A stretch of DNA of 64,000 nt from Thermodesulfobacteriota bacterium (GCA_964291405.2 OZ219926.1:704001-768000), one strand, 5' to 3'. Counted from the stretch's first letter, positions 10,456 to 20,294 are shown. Notes: generated by a model from the sequence alone, not told the origin. Translations and numbers: made by a program.

Positions 10456-11316
10456 CTATTGAATAGAGGTAATCAGCTTTGCGTGCCGTTCGAGAACCGG
10501 CCACTGCGTGTCAGATTGGTCCGGCTCAATAAGAAAGAGGATGCGATTCGCCCCAACGCTCAGCAGTTCCTCAACCCGGCTTTCGACCGAGTTCTCTCCG
10601 GCAAACGCTGCTCCGGTGATCACACTCAGGTCAAACTGATCCATAGAGCGCCCGTACTGCTCCATCTGTTCGCGGATCGCAGCGAGCCCGCTAGCCAGGT
10701 CTGGTCGATCAATGGGAATCCAGCCGTCACAGTATTCGGCAATCCGCTTTGGCGACCACTTCGAATCCGCGCCCATTAGGATCGGCGGGCCGCCCGCCTG
10801 TACCGGCTTGGGCCAGCACCAGATAGGATCGAAGTCAACAAACTGACCGTGAAATTCCGCCTCGTCCCTGGTCCAGATTTCCCGGATGGCCAGAACGCGT
10901 TCGCGGGTCTGTTTCCAGCGATCCTTGAACGCTATCCCATGATCGCCCATCTCCTCGGCGTTCCAGCCCGCACCAATACCAAACAGGAAGCGGCCGTTGG
11001 ACACCCGGTCCAGACAGGCTGTGCTCTTGGCCAGATTAATGGGATTGTGCTCCGGCACCAGACAGACCGACGTTCCAATCTTGAGCGTGCGGGTCACTGC
11101 CGCAGCCGCGGTCAACCCGACAAAAGGATCGTAGAACTCGCTGTAATACATGGGGAGTTCCCCGCCCAGCGGAAACGGCGTCTTGCGGCTAGTGGGAATA
11201 TGCGAGTGCTCTCCAAAGAACAGGGACTCAAAGCCCTTCTCTTCGGCCCAACGCGCCAGGTCTGCGGGTTGGATGCTGTAATGCGTTGGAATTGTTACCA
11301 GGCCAAAGTCTGCCAT
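10456..11316 (-). CDS. LLM-class (probably F420-dependent) oxidoreductase
   Basis: FESLFFGEHSHIP, YDPFVGL, GRFLFGIGAGWNAEEM, WPKPVQ. Confidence 0.9.
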   Translation of the reverse strand: MADFGLVTIPTHYSIQPADLARWAEEKGFESLFFGEHSHIPTSRKTPFPLGGELPMYYSEFYDPFVGLTAAAAVTRTLKIGTSVCLVPEHNPINLAKSTACLDRVSNGRFLFGIGAGWNAEEMGDHGIAFKDRWKQTRERVLAIREIWTRDEAEFHGQFVDFDPIWCWPKPVQAGGPPILMGADSKWSPKRIAEYCDGWIPIDRPDLASGLAAIREQMEQYGRSMDQFDLSVITGAAFAGENSVESRVEELLSVGANRILFLIEPDQSDTQWPVLERHAKLITSIQ

Positions 11317-11352
11317 ACGTCTCTCCCTTCTATTCCCTTCCCTGAGTGGACC

Positions 11353-11387
11353 AAAAAACAAAAAGGGCGGCCGTGCGGTCGCCCTTT
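11353..11387 (-). terminator. Intrinsic terminator
   Basis: Minus strand AAAGGGCGACCG-CA-CGGCCGCCCTTT followed by TGTTTTTT. Confidence 0.75.
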
Positions 11388-11406
11388 CAGTACGGTTGCC
11401 ATCACC

Positions 11407-11949
11407 TTAGTGCGCATGCGCCGGCTGCTTCTTCTTTTGCTTCCCCTGTCCGTGGCGGTGGGAATGGGTATGGTCGTGCGCCTGCCCTTTTGTCTGTGCG
11501 TGTCCGTGGAGCCGGAAGTTGGTGTCATGACTGTGCGTGTGTCCGTAGTCATGATCATGCCCGTGCGTCGCCGGTGCATAGGTGGGCTGTTTGAGCCCAC
11601 GCTGCTTGCGGACTTCCTTGGCCCGAGCAACGGAGTCGTCAAACTGGTTGCCCTTGCCCGCGGCGTGCGCGGCAAAACGTTTAACCGAATACTCATCCAT
11701 GTGGCAGGACAGCGGGATTTGCGAGTGCTGCATACACAAAGGTCGTGGGTCACGCGAGTTCTTGCGCGAGGCGGCCACCGGATCATAGGGTTCCCCGCTC
11801 ACGCCATGAGAAATGGCAAAAGAGGAAACGATCCGGGGAGCCTTTCTGCCACAGTCCGGACAAGGCTTTTTCGTCTGCGCCTCACCCAGGGAGCAGAGTT
11901 CTTCAAAGACGATGTCACAGGGCGGGCAGTGGTATTCGTAGAGTGGCAT
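11407..11949 (-). CDS. FmdB-family zinc-ribbon protein with His-rich C-terminal tail
   Basis: MPLYEYHCPPC...CPDCG N-terminus; HGHDHDYGHTHSHD...HDHTHSHRHG tail. Confidence 0.8.
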   Translation of the reverse strand: MPLYEYHCPPCDIVFEELCSLGEAQTKKPCPDCGRKAPRIVSSFAISHGVSGEPYDPVAASRKNSRDPRPLCMQHSQIPLSCHMDEYSVKRFAAHAAGKGNQFDDSVARAKEVRKQRGLKQPTYAPATHGHDHDYGHTHSHDTNFRLHGHAQTKGQAHDHTHSHRHGQGKQKKKQPAHAH

Positions 11950-11977
11950 GCTGACATATCCTCTTTACCTCATGGCT

Positions 11978-12763
11978 TTACTCAATGGCGGTTGGTGCGT
12001 GGGGCAGCTCATCCCAGTCTTCCGGATCGTGCGAGATCCAGACCGTACACTCGTGCAGATCCCGAATAGCCCGTAGGCGTTGGATGGATAACGACGAAGT
12101 CGCGGGGTCGGTGTCCAGCGGCATCCCGGACAGAGTGTTGAATTGCTCACGCAGGTGGAGCGTGTCGCCGACCAGGAGGATGGAACGATTCGGCAGACGG
12201 ACATGTAGGGAGCTTTCCCCAGGAGTATGCCCCGGAGTTTTCAGCATATGCAGGCTGCCGTCCCCGAAAATATCAAAGTCGCCGTTGAGCTCAAGCCACT
12301 GAAAACCCCGTGTGGGAACGATATCCTTGAACACAAACACGTCGCGCAGGTGGGGCTCCGGCCAGTAGGCGTAACGCAACTCGTCCTTCATGATGATGAA
12401 GGTCGCGTTGGGGAAGGCGTGCATATAGCCCGTGTGGTCGAGGTGTAGATGGGAGAGCAGGACATACTTGATGTCCGACATCTTGTAGCCGAGCGCCTGA
12501 ATCTGCCGGTCGAGCAGCATCTCCTTGGGATACGAAACCTGAAGATGCTCGGCAAACGGCCCCCAGTGCGCAACCGGGTCATCCGCCACCGCGGGGTGGC
12601 AGCCGGTGTCGAACAGAACCAGGCCCTTCTCATGTTCAATCAGATAGGCCGGACAGGGTATGGTCACCAAATCCGGGGCACCGCCGTGCATCAGCAACGC
12701 TTGCGGAACGGTCAGTTCCGCGTTCGGCAATGCCCACATACGCCGCGCTTTTCCATCCGCCAT
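11978..12763 (-). CDS. Metallo-beta-lactamase fold hydrolase, N-acyl homoserine lactonase family
   Basis: SHLHLDHTG (HxHxDH), TPGHTPG, GD and SHD motifs. Confidence 0.85.
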   Translation of the reverse strand: MADGKARRMWALPNAELTVPQALLMHGGAPDLVTIPCPAYLIEHEKGLVLFDTGCHPAVADDPVAHWGPFAEHLQVSYPKEMLLDRQIQALGYKMSDIKYVLLSHLHLDHTGYMHAFPNATFIIMKDELRYAYWPEPHLRDVFVFKDIVPTRGFQWLELNGDFDIFGDGSLHMLKTPGHTPGESSLHVRLPNRSILLVGDTLHLREQFNTLSGMPLDTDPATSSLSIQRLRAIRDLHECTVWISHDPEDWDELPHAPTAIE

Positions 12764-12882
12764 AAAACCCTCCTGTTTTTGTCGGAAAGCCCTGTTGGAA
12801 ACCTGCTCGAAACCGTTGAACGCATCCTAGGCCATGCCTGTTCGCTGTGTCAAACACAGCATCCTCGCCCACCTACCTTAAA

Positions 12883-13593
12883 TTATTTGGTTGCCCTGTG
12901 CTGACGTAGGAGGTTGGCGATTTCCATGTGGCCTGCCCGTGCCGCCCTATGAAGCGCGGTCGCTCCGCGCCAGTCTTGCTCGTCCACATTCGCCCCGTGC
13001 TCCAAGAGAATCCCGACACTTGCCGTGTCGCCTGCTCCTGCCGCCCTGTGGAGCGCGGTTTCTCCGCACCCGGCTTGCGCCTGCACATTCGCTCCGTGTT
13101 CCAGGAGAGCCCTGACAATTTCCGTATGACCACTACCTACCGCCGAATTGAGCGCGGTCCAGCCGCCCTGGTCTTGTACATCCACATCCACGCCGTGTTC
13201 CAGGAGCAGCTTGACGGTGGCCGTGTCGCCCGTTCGTACCGCCTCGTGGAGCGCGGTCCAACCGTCTTTGTCTTGCACGGACGCATCCGCGCCGTGTTCC
13301 AGAAGCACTCTCATACTTGCCGTGTGGTCCTCCCATAGCGCCCAAAGGAACGCGGTCGCCCCGTCCTTGTCCTGCGCATCCACGTCCGCCCCGTGCTCTA
13401 GGAGAATTCTGACGAGGTCTGTCTTGTCCGCCCATGCCGCCCAATGGAGCGCGGTCGCTCCGTCTCCGTCTGGCGTGTTCACATTCGCCCCATTTTCAAG
13501 GAGGCGCTTAACGGTTGCCGCGTCACCCGCCCTTACCACCCTATGGAACGGGGTTGCTCCGTCCGTGGCTTGGGTATGGGTATTTTCGGCCAT
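12883..13593 (-). CDS. Ankyrin repeat protein
   Basis: About seven 33-aa repeats of G-x-T-A-L-H...LLEHGA-D/N-V. Confidence 0.95.
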   Translation of the reverse strand: MAENTHTQATDGATPFHRVVRAGDAATVKRLLENGANVNTPDGDGATALHWAAWADKTDLVRILLEHGADVDAQDKDGATAFLWALWEDHTASMRVLLEHGADASVQDKDGWTALHEAVRTGDTATVKLLLEHGVDVDVQDQGGWTALNSAVGSGHTEIVRALLEHGANVQAQAGCGETALHRAAGAGDTASVGILLEHGANVDEQDWRGATALHRAARAGHMEIANLLRQHRATK

Positions 13594-13625
13594 GTCTTCT
13601 CCTTCCGTTCTTCTCCGCCACCACC

Positions 13626-14813
13626 TTACCGACTTTTCGGTAACTTCAGCACGCGCTCGCCGATGACCCCACGCAGAATTTCATTTGTGCCGGCGGCAAT
13701 GGTCCCGGACCGGGCGGTGAGAGCCCGGTACGACCAGCGTGCCTGATCAATGGCAAATGGGGAGTCTTTGGCCAGGGTCGAGTAAGGCCCCAGAAGCTCC
13801 ATGGCAAAATTGGCGACACGCAGATTCAGTTCCGTAGAAGTGATTTTCGCAAAAGACCCTTCCGGGCCCGGCGGCTGTCCCTTTATCTGACGCGTAAGCC
13901 GCCGCAGTTCATTATACTTTATCGCTGCTCCTTCTATGGCAAACTGGACGAGTTGCTGGCGTACGGCGGCGTTTTCGCTGGCCGGCTTTCCATCGCGTTC
14001 CAGCCGGTGTGCCAGGTCATACAGTTGGGGCAGGAGCGTCTCCACCCGGTAGTAACTGCTGGTGGCCACACGTTCAAACATCAGGGTGGTAATCGCCACC
14101 ATCCAGCCGCGGTTTTTTTCGCCAACCAGGTGCTCTTTGGGCACCCGGACGTCTTCGAAAAAGACTTCGTTAAACTCGGCATCGCCATTCATTTGGACGA
14201 GCGGCCGGACCGTAATACCAGGACTACGCATATCAACCAGCAGATAGCTGATACCGTTATGCTTGGGCGCGTCCGGGTCAGTGCGGACCAGCAAAAAACA
14301 CCAGTCCGAGTGCTGCGCCCAGCTTGTCCATACCTTCTGACCGTTCACCACAAAATGATCGCCGTCTTCCACCGCACGCGTCTGGAGGGAGGCCAGGTCC
14401 GAACCCGAGTCCGGCTCGGAGTAGCCCTGACACCACAGCTCTTCGGCCGGCAGGATTTTGGGCAGGAAGCGCTGCTTTTGCTCCTCCGTCCCCCAGTGCA
14501 TGAGCGTTGGCCCCAGCATGGTGACCCCGCTCATATTGATCCCACCGGGCACCTGGGCACGCGCCAGCTCTTCGTTGAAAATTGCCTGCTCACTGACCGA
14601 CGCCCCCCGTCCGCCGTATTCCTGCGGCCACCACAGGCCAATCCAGCCCCCGGCGTGCAGTGTTTTATGCCAGTCCTTTCGCCGTTCCCAGCGTTCGTCG
14701 ACGCTGAGGTCATCGTCTTTTCCGGCTCGTAAGTCGGCTGGTATATGTGCTTCCAGCCAGGAGCGGACCTCATGGCGAAATTGCTCTTCTTCGGACGTAT
14801 AGCTGAAGTCCAT
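13626..14813 (-). CDS. Acyl-CoA dehydrogenase
   Basis: WCQGYSEPDSGSDLASL, NGQKVWTS, FNEVFFEDVRVP, IAAGTNEI. Confidence 0.93.
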   Translation of the reverse strand: MDFSYTSEEEQFRHEVRSWLEAHIPADLRAGKDDDLSVDERWERRKDWHKTLHAGGWIGLWWPQEYGGRGASVSEQAIFNEELARAQVPGGINMSGVTMLGPTLMHWGTEEQKQRFLPKILPAEELWCQGYSEPDSGSDLASLQTRAVEDGDHFVVNGQKVWTSWAQHSDWCFLLVRTDPDAPKHNGISYLLVDMRSPGITVRPLVQMNGDAEFNEVFFEDVRVPKEHLVGEKNRGWMVAITTLMFERVATSSYYRVETLLPQLYDLAHRLERDGKPASENAAVRQQLVQFAIEGAAIKYNELRRLTRQIKGQPPGPEGSFAKITSTELNLRVANFAMELLGPYSTLAKDSPFAIDQARWSYRALTARSGTIAAGTNEILRGVIGERVLKLPKSR

Positions 14814-15014
14814 ACCCTCTCCTTTTCTGCGCAGTCTGGGTATTACACCAAACGTCTTTCTGAGGCACAAGAGGATTGTTGAGCAGCAGTCTGATGCAGA
14901 GCCCGGAGCCTGACTCCGTGAGGCAGGCAATTTCCGTTGCCGGAGAAAACTTATACAATCACTGAAGTCTGAGATAAGGTAGGCAAGAATCGATCCTACC
15001 CGGAAGCAGCGCAG

Positions 15015-16301
15015 ATGATTACCACAGCCTGTATTTTTATTCCTGCGACAGGCCCTGACCCCTTGGCCCTGCTAGGGGGGATATCTCTTCTCAAACGCGC
15101 CATCCTCAGCGCCCAACGCGTTGGAGCAAAAACGTGCTATCTAGCCATGGACGCACGCTCGGGACTCCAGTCCGCCCGGCAGGAAGCACTGCAACGCGAC
15201 CTGTGCGGCGATAAACGCCTCACGACTCAAATCGTCTGGACGCAGACGACTGACGCTCAACCCGAACCAGTCCGGACTGTTACCAACGGGCGCTGTCTCT
15301 ACTATTCGCTCGCCACGCTCTTTTCCCCAGCTCTGGCATTTGACCTCGACCGAACTGCTCAGCCTGGCGAGACGCTGAGCGTCGGAACGGAGGGCGGCAC
15401 GTCCGCGTTGGTCCTCGGCCCGCAGCCGGATGCAGCCTGCGGTCTTCCTGTCCAGGAAACGGCAGTCAGGACTGGGACGACGGCTCTGGCCGCCCACCCT
15501 CAGACACCGCTCAGGGCCGTTTCTGCCTCCCCTCACCTGCTCTACCGGTTGACTGATTCGACTTCCCTCCGGCGCGCGGAATCGGCCCTCCTCGCCTCGC
15601 TCGATAATCCAAAGGACGGTTTGGTCGATACCTATCTCAATCGCAAACTCTCTCGTTCTTTGACGCATTTTCTTTTACGGACGGCTCTGACTCCGAACCA
15701 GATTACGTCACTGTCCTGCCTGATTGGCCTCTTCGGCGCGGCCTGTTTCTTTCGGGCCGACTATTGGGGACCCGTTTTTGGCGCCCTCCTCTTACAGCTC
15801 TCCGCCGTGCTTGACTGCTGTGATGGAGAAGTCGCCCGGATGAAGTTTCTCGAGTCCCGGCTAGGTGCCTGGCTCGATATTACGCTCGACACCGTCGTTC
15901 ACCTCGCCACCTTCGTCGGCCTGGGCTTCGCAGTCTGGGCTCAGGGCGGGACGCAGGCGCCATTTGTTCTTGTCGGCCTCATGGTCGGAGGAATCGTGTT
16001 GTCTTTCGCCTGTGTCGTCGTGGCGGACCGAACGGTCGTACCCGATCCGTACCAGCGCACCTGGCAGGCTAGGCTGTTACACAGAATGGTATTCGGCTTA
16101 GCAAGTCGTGACTATTCGTTATTGATCTTCCCGTGCGCGGTATTTCAACAATTATCGTGGTTTCTCTGGGCCTCGGCCGTTGGAGTACAGGTGTTCTGGC
16201 TGACGGTGACGGTCTTGTTGTATCACGTCCGACGGTTCAAACGCGCGACCCATTGCCCGGCACACGCGCCCGTGCAACACTCATCTTCCCGCCTGCCCTA
16301 G
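15015..16301 (+). CDS. CDP-alcohol phosphatidyltransferase family protein with degenerate nucleotidyltransferase-like N-terminus
   Basis: TPNQIT and LDCCDGEVAR...GAWLDITLD signature. Confidence 0.85.
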   Translation: MITTACIFIPATGPDPLALLGGISLLKRAILSAQRVGAKTCYLAMDARSGLQSARQEALQRDLCGDKRLTTQIVWTQTTDAQPEPVRTVTNGRCLYYSLATLFSPALAFDLDRTAQPGETLSVGTEGGTSALVLGPQPDAACGLPVQETAVRTGTTALAAHPQTPLRAVSASPHLLYRLTDSTSLRRAESALLASLDNPKDGLVDTYLNRKLSRSLTHFLLRTALTPNQITSLSCLIGLFGAACFFRADYWGPVFGALLLQLSAVLDCCDGEVARMKFLESRLGAWLDITLDTVVHLATFVGLGFAVWAQGGTQAPFVLVGLMVGGIVLSFACVVVADRTVVPDPYQRTWQARLLHRMVFGLASRDYSLLIFPCAVFQQLSWFLWASAVGVQVFWLTVTVLLYHVRRFKRATHCPAHAPVQHSSSRLP

Positions 16302-16384
16302 GCGCGTCTCACCGCCACGCCTTGCACGGCTCTGCTCCGGTCCGTACCATGTGATGGAACGCCCGACAGCCCAAGGATAGTACT

Positions 16385-17536
16385 ATGGATTTTGCCTTTT
16401 CAGAAGACCAACTCTTGCTGCAACAGACCCTCCGCCAATACGCCAAAGACAAGCTGGCGCCCAATTATCACCGCTGGGACCGGGGCGAGGTCATTTCCCG
16501 TGCGCTCATCAAAGAAGCCGCTGAACTCGGCGTCTTTGGCCTGCGGGTCCCGGAACAGTTTGGTGGGATGATGGCCGACTACGTGACCTGCGGCTTGATG
16601 GCCGAAGAACTATCTCGGGGTGACTTTAACTATAGTCTCTATATTCAGCTTGGTCTCATTGCCTCCGAACTGTTGGCAGACTTTGCCCACCCCGGAGTCC
16701 AGGCAGAATGGCTCCCCCGGCACGCGGCCGGCGAGGCGGTGATCGCTTTTGGCCTGACAGAGCCGGGGGCGGGTTCGGACGCGGCCAATATCACGACCCG
16801 GGCAAAGAGAATGGGCGACGACTACATCATTACTGGAGAAAAAGCCTCCATCACTTTTGCCGGGTATGCAGACGCGTGTATTGTCTTTGCCCGGACCGGA
16901 GACACTGGCGCACGCGGGATCTCGGCCTTTCTGGTTCCGCTCAACGCTCCCGGCGTCACCCGCCAGCCCTATTTTGCGGCTGGAGAGCGATTGACTCAGC
17001 GCGGATCTCTCTTTTTCGATGAAGTCCGAGTGCCTGCGCGCAATATGGTAGGCGAGCCAGGCAAAGGCTTTTACCAGGCGATGATCGCCTTTGATTTCAA
17101 CCGGGCAATCATTGCCCTGGCGTGTATTGGAGCGGCTCAGCAGTCTATTGATGAGACGATTGAGTATACAAAGGGTCGGGAGGTGTTTGGCAAACCGCTA
17201 GCAACATTTGAAGGGGTCGCCTTCCAGATTGCCGAACACTTGACGCTGTTAGAGTCCGCCCGGGTATTGTCGTATAAATGTTTGTGGCTCAAAGATCAGG
17301 GGCGCAAACACACGTCAGAAGCAGCCATGGTCAAATGGTTTGGCCCGAAGTCAGCGGCCGAGGCCATTCATGCCTGTATGATCTTACATGGGCACTACGG
17401 TTATAATATGGAATCTCCGCTTGAACAGCGCTGGCGCGATGTAGTGGGACTCGAAATCGGCGACGGAACACCGGAGATCATGAAGGGCATCGTTGCCCGG
17501 GAAGCGTTTGGTCGGGAATATACTTCGTATCGATAG
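16385..17536 (+). CDS. Acyl-CoA dehydrogenase (cyclohexanecarboxyl-CoA dehydrogenase-like)
   Basis: FGLTEPGAGSDAA, GEKASITF, LEIGDGTPEIMK. Confidence 0.9.
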   Translation: MDFAFSEDQLLLQQTLRQYAKDKLAPNYHRWDRGEVISRALIKEAAELGVFGLRVPEQFGGMMADYVTCGLMAEELSRGDFNYSLYIQLGLIASELLADFAHPGVQAEWLPRHAAGEAVIAFGLTEPGAGSDAANITTRAKRMGDDYIITGEKASITFAGYADACIVFARTGDTGARGISAFLVPLNAPGVTRQPYFAAGERLTQRGSLFFDEVRVPARNMVGEPGKGFYQAMIAFDFNRAIIALACIGAAQQSIDETIEYTKGREVFGKPLATFEGVAFQIAEHLTLLESARVLSYKCLWLKDQGRKHTSEAAMVKWFGPKSAAEAIHACMILHGHYGYNMESPLEQRWRDVVGLEIGDGTPEIMKGIVAREAFGREYTSYR

Positions 17537-17571
17537 AAGCAAGGGCACGACTTGCCGTGCCCTTGCTGAAC

Positions 17572-18363
17572 TTAGGCCAGAAAACTCCGGACCTTCTTAA
17601 CAAACGTATCCGCCTGCTCAACCTCGGGGCGATGACCACACCCCTCCAGCACGACCAGTTCGGAGCCGGCAATGGACTGCTGATAGACCGCGGCCGCGCT
17701 CACCGGAGCGATTTGGTCGTCCTGGCCCCAGATAATCAGCGTCTTGACTTCGTCGCCGCACTCAAGCAGGGGTCCCAGACTGGGGTTGAACATATACGGC
17801 TCCCAGGCAATGCGTGCGCTTTCAGCCCGCGCATCTTCCCATGCCTCGAATTGCTCTGGAGTGGGTTCGCCACCGTACAGCTTTGCAAACTCTGGGGTCC
17901 CTTCAATATCCTTCACACCCGCGTCCAGGTAGGCCTTGGCGGTCACCTGGAACATATCCGCAATATATCCCTCTGGAGGACGAACGCCAAAAGGCGCTAC
18001 GAGCACCATACGTCGAAACTGAGCAGCATTGCAGGCCGCCATCTCGGCCGCAATCCAGCCTCCCAGGGAAAAACCGATAACATTTGCCGGCGCGAGATTC
18101 TGTTCTCGGAGTATACGACTGTACAGGCCAGCCAAGTCACGAATATTGCTCACCCACTCGACACGCTCGGTCTGACCGAATCCCGGATGTAAGGGGATCA
18201 TGACCGTATGGTCCCGAGCCAGTTCGTTATGCCAGTTCGTAATCCCAGGGTGGCCAAGTTCTTCATGCAGAACGATCAGAGGGCTGCCGGAACCGCTCTC
18301 AATAACGGTCAACTCAGCGTCCCCGACTTTAACTTTCTTTTCCTCCCATTGTGTCTCTGCCAA
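17572..18363 (-). CDS. Alpha/beta hydrolase
   Basis: GFSLGG nucleophile elbow, WGQDD, GCGHRP. Confidence 0.9.
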   Translation of the reverse strand: MAETQWEEKKVKVGDAELTVIESGSGSPLIVLHEELGHPGITNWHNELARDHTVMIPLHPGFGQTERVEWVSNIRDLAGLYSRILREQNLAPANVIGFSLGGWIAAEMAACNAAQFRRMVLVAPFGVRPPEGYIADMFQVTAKAYLDAGVKDIEGTPEFAKLYGGEPTPEQFEAWEDARAESARIAWEPYMFNPSLGPLLECGDEVKTLIIWGQDDQIAPVSAAAVYQQSIAGSELVVLEGCGHRPEVEQADTFVKKVRSFLA

Positions 18364-18529
18364 AGCAGTGTCTCCTTTCCTTTTATATACAGAGCGGCCA
18401 CCCCTACCACACCCCGTTCGGGATGGAAAGAGCACACCGTCGAAAAGGGTAATACGTACGACATTTACCCACCTATCGGGACTGACCGGATAGGTGAGAA
18501 GAAGAGCAATCAGCTCTCAACGTTTTGAT

Positions 18530-19018
18530 TTAGTTCCCGCCAGGGAGAGGAGAGAAGTGCCAGCTCACAATCTGCCATTGTCCCGAGGGACGCGCATACG
18601 TGAACATGTACTGCCCATTCACCGTCTGCACCATACCGCCCTTCGGCTTAGTCGTCAGTTGATAGAGCCCCCAGGCAACTCCGGTCTCCCCGGTGACCAT
18701 ATATTCTTCATGCGCCGGGTTGAGGTTCGCCTCTTCAAAGGTGTCAAAGTAGTCTTGTACGGCCTGGCGGAAGGCTGCCTTACCGACGGCAGGAAACGGA
18801 GAATATAACCCAAACAAGACAACATCCTCGTGAACGTGGGACATCACGGCATCGAGGTCTTTCCCGTTAATTGCCTGGAGTTCCTCCCCAAAGCTCGTAA
18901 TTAAAGCATCACGCGTCTGCTGGGCAGCGCTCTCCGAGGCGATATTCCCAAGCACCAATACAACGGCGACAACAAGCACATATCTCCAACTCATGGTCCT
19001 TCTTTCCTGGTTTCTCAT
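18530..19018 (-). CDS. Exported SnoaL/NTF2-like protein
   Basis: Signal peptide; C-terminal GQYMFTY...WQIVSWHFSPL. Confidence 0.8.
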   Translation of the reverse strand: MRNQERRTMSWRYVLVVAVVLVLGNIASESAAQQTRDALITSFGEELQAINGKDLDAVMSHVHEDVVLFGLYSPFPAVGKAAFRQAVQDYFDTFEEANLNPAHEEYMVTGETGVAWGLYQLTTKPKGGMVQTVNGQYMFTYARPSGQWQIVSWHFSPLPGGN

Positions 19019-19030
19019 TGCACCCCTCCT

Positions 19031-19495
19031 TTACTCTTCGACCCCGAGTGGAGAGAAATGCAGCCCAACCAGGACCCATTTCCCATCTCTTTTTGCGTAG
19101 GTGAATGTATATCGACCATGGATTACCTCTCGCGGCCCAACAGCTGGCACCTCGGTATTCGTAAAATGCCCCCAGGCCAAGGCACTCGCGCCGATAATGC
19201 GGAATTCGGGATTAATCGGCGTCAAGACAACCCGTTCGCTATCGGCAAAGAATCCTTCCAGCATTTCCGTTATGGCTACTTTGCCCCTAACGGCAAAGGG
19301 CGACAGCATGCCGAATAGCACCACATCATCATGCGCGTTCGTAGCAAAAGCCGATGCATCCTTGGCATTAAAACGCTTCATATCGGCGTTAAAGGCCGTT
19401 CTCACATCATCCAAGTCATCTCCATAGGCTGCTCCGGTTACGCACAAGAACAGCAACGCAATACCAGCGACAATTCCTCGCTTCTCGTAAACCAT
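19031..19495 (-). CDS. Exported SnoaL/NTF2-like protein (paralogue of neighbour)
   Basis: Signal peptide; HDDVVLFG.SPF and GRYTFTY...WVLVGLHFSPL shared with 18530-19018. Confidence 0.8.
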   Translation of the reverse strand: MVYEKRGIVAGIALLFLCVTGAAYGDDLDDVRTAFNADMKRFNAKDASAFATNAHDDVVLFGMLSPFAVRGKVAITEMLEGFFADSERVVLTPINPEFRIIGASALAWGHFTNTEVPAVGPREVIHGRYTFTYAKRDGKWVLVGLHFSPLGVEE

Positions 19496-19636
19496 GCGTC
19501 CTCCTTTCTGTCGGATCATTTTTCTTCCCCTGAGGTTTGTAAATATGAAAAAGGACGAAAACGCAAGGGTGACAGTGTATCCAATGGCCACTACAACGAA
19601 TGGAGCCGGACATTGCCGGAAACAAAAGAAAGAAAG

Positions 19637-19711
19637 CGCGCCCTGGAGGATTCGAACCTCCGACCTACAGATTCGTAGTCTGCCGCTCTATCCGGACTGA
19701 GCTAAGGGCGC
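19637..19711 (-). tRNA. tRNA-Arg(ACG)
   Basis: GCGCCCTTAGCTCAG...GCAGA-CTACGAA-TCTGT...GGTTCGAATCC...AGGGCGCG cloverleaf; CCA not encoded. Confidence 0.97.
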
Positions 19712-19792
19712 GCAGGTGGGAAAACGTGGGAACAATTCGGCAGAGCCCCTTCCTTACCACACGTAGGAAGGAAACCGCAACGTCGATCAGAA

Positions 19793-19881
19793 CGGAGAGG
19801 GAGGGATTCGAACCCTCGGTACGCGGTTAAACGTACACTCGCTTAGCAGGCGAGCGCCTTCGACCACTCGGCCACCTCTCC
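19793..19881 (-). tRNA. tRNA-Ser(GCT)
   Basis: GGAGAGGTGGCCGAGTGG...CTCGC-CTGCTAA-GCGAG, long variable arm, GGTTCGAATCC. Confidence 0.97.
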
Positions 19882-19900
19882 GTATCAATGTGAGCTGCCG

Positions 19901-19929
19901 ATAGTATCGATTCCTTCTCCTACGCGCAA
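19901..19929 (-). promoter_or_regulatory. Sigma70-type promoter of the tRNA-Ser/tRNA-Arg pair
   Basis: TTGCGC-17 bp-TACTAT on minus strand. Confidence 0.55.
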
Positions 19930-19971
19930 CGATGCCGCTTTATGTTATCGATAAATCTCTGTACCAGGGTA

Positions 19972-20006
19972 TTGACAATTGAAATTGAAAATGATTTTCA
20001 ATTTCA
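19972..20006 (+). promoter_or_regulatory. Fur-type operator overlapping a promoter
   Basis: TTGACA at 19972-19977, then perfect 27-bp palindrome TGAAATTGAAAAT-G-ATTTTCAATTTCA (19980-20006), matching the TGAAAATnATTTTCA Fur box described for deltaproteobacteria. Confidence 0.85.
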
Positions 20007-20009
20007 TCT

Positions 20010-20258
20010 ATGAACGAAACAGGCCAACCTTCCAAGTCTGTTACCGATGTTCACGTTGTTTATGAATGTCGGTGTCCGTGCGGCAGTCTGTTAGCCAGGC
20101 AGAACACTGACGGCATAGAACTCAAGTGTCGCCGCTGCAAGCGCGTTGTTTTCATCCCCTGGGAGACCCCTTCGACATGGCAGAGTGTCACAACGCAGTC
20201 ACCCGAGGGACAGGCAGAACAATGCGAACCTGGACAAAAAAATGGACGGCCCCAATGA
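20010..20258 (+). CDS. Small zinc-ribbon protein, Mu Com-like
   Basis: CRCPCGSLLAR...IELKCRRCKR pattern. Confidence 0.7.
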   Translation: MNETGQPSKSVTDVHVVYECRCPCGSLLARQNTDGIELKCRRCKRVVFIPWETPSTWQSVTTQSPEGQAEQCEPGQKNGRPQ

Positions 20259-20294
20259 AGCGACCGCCCACGAAAACACCAAGCGAGGTAGAAG

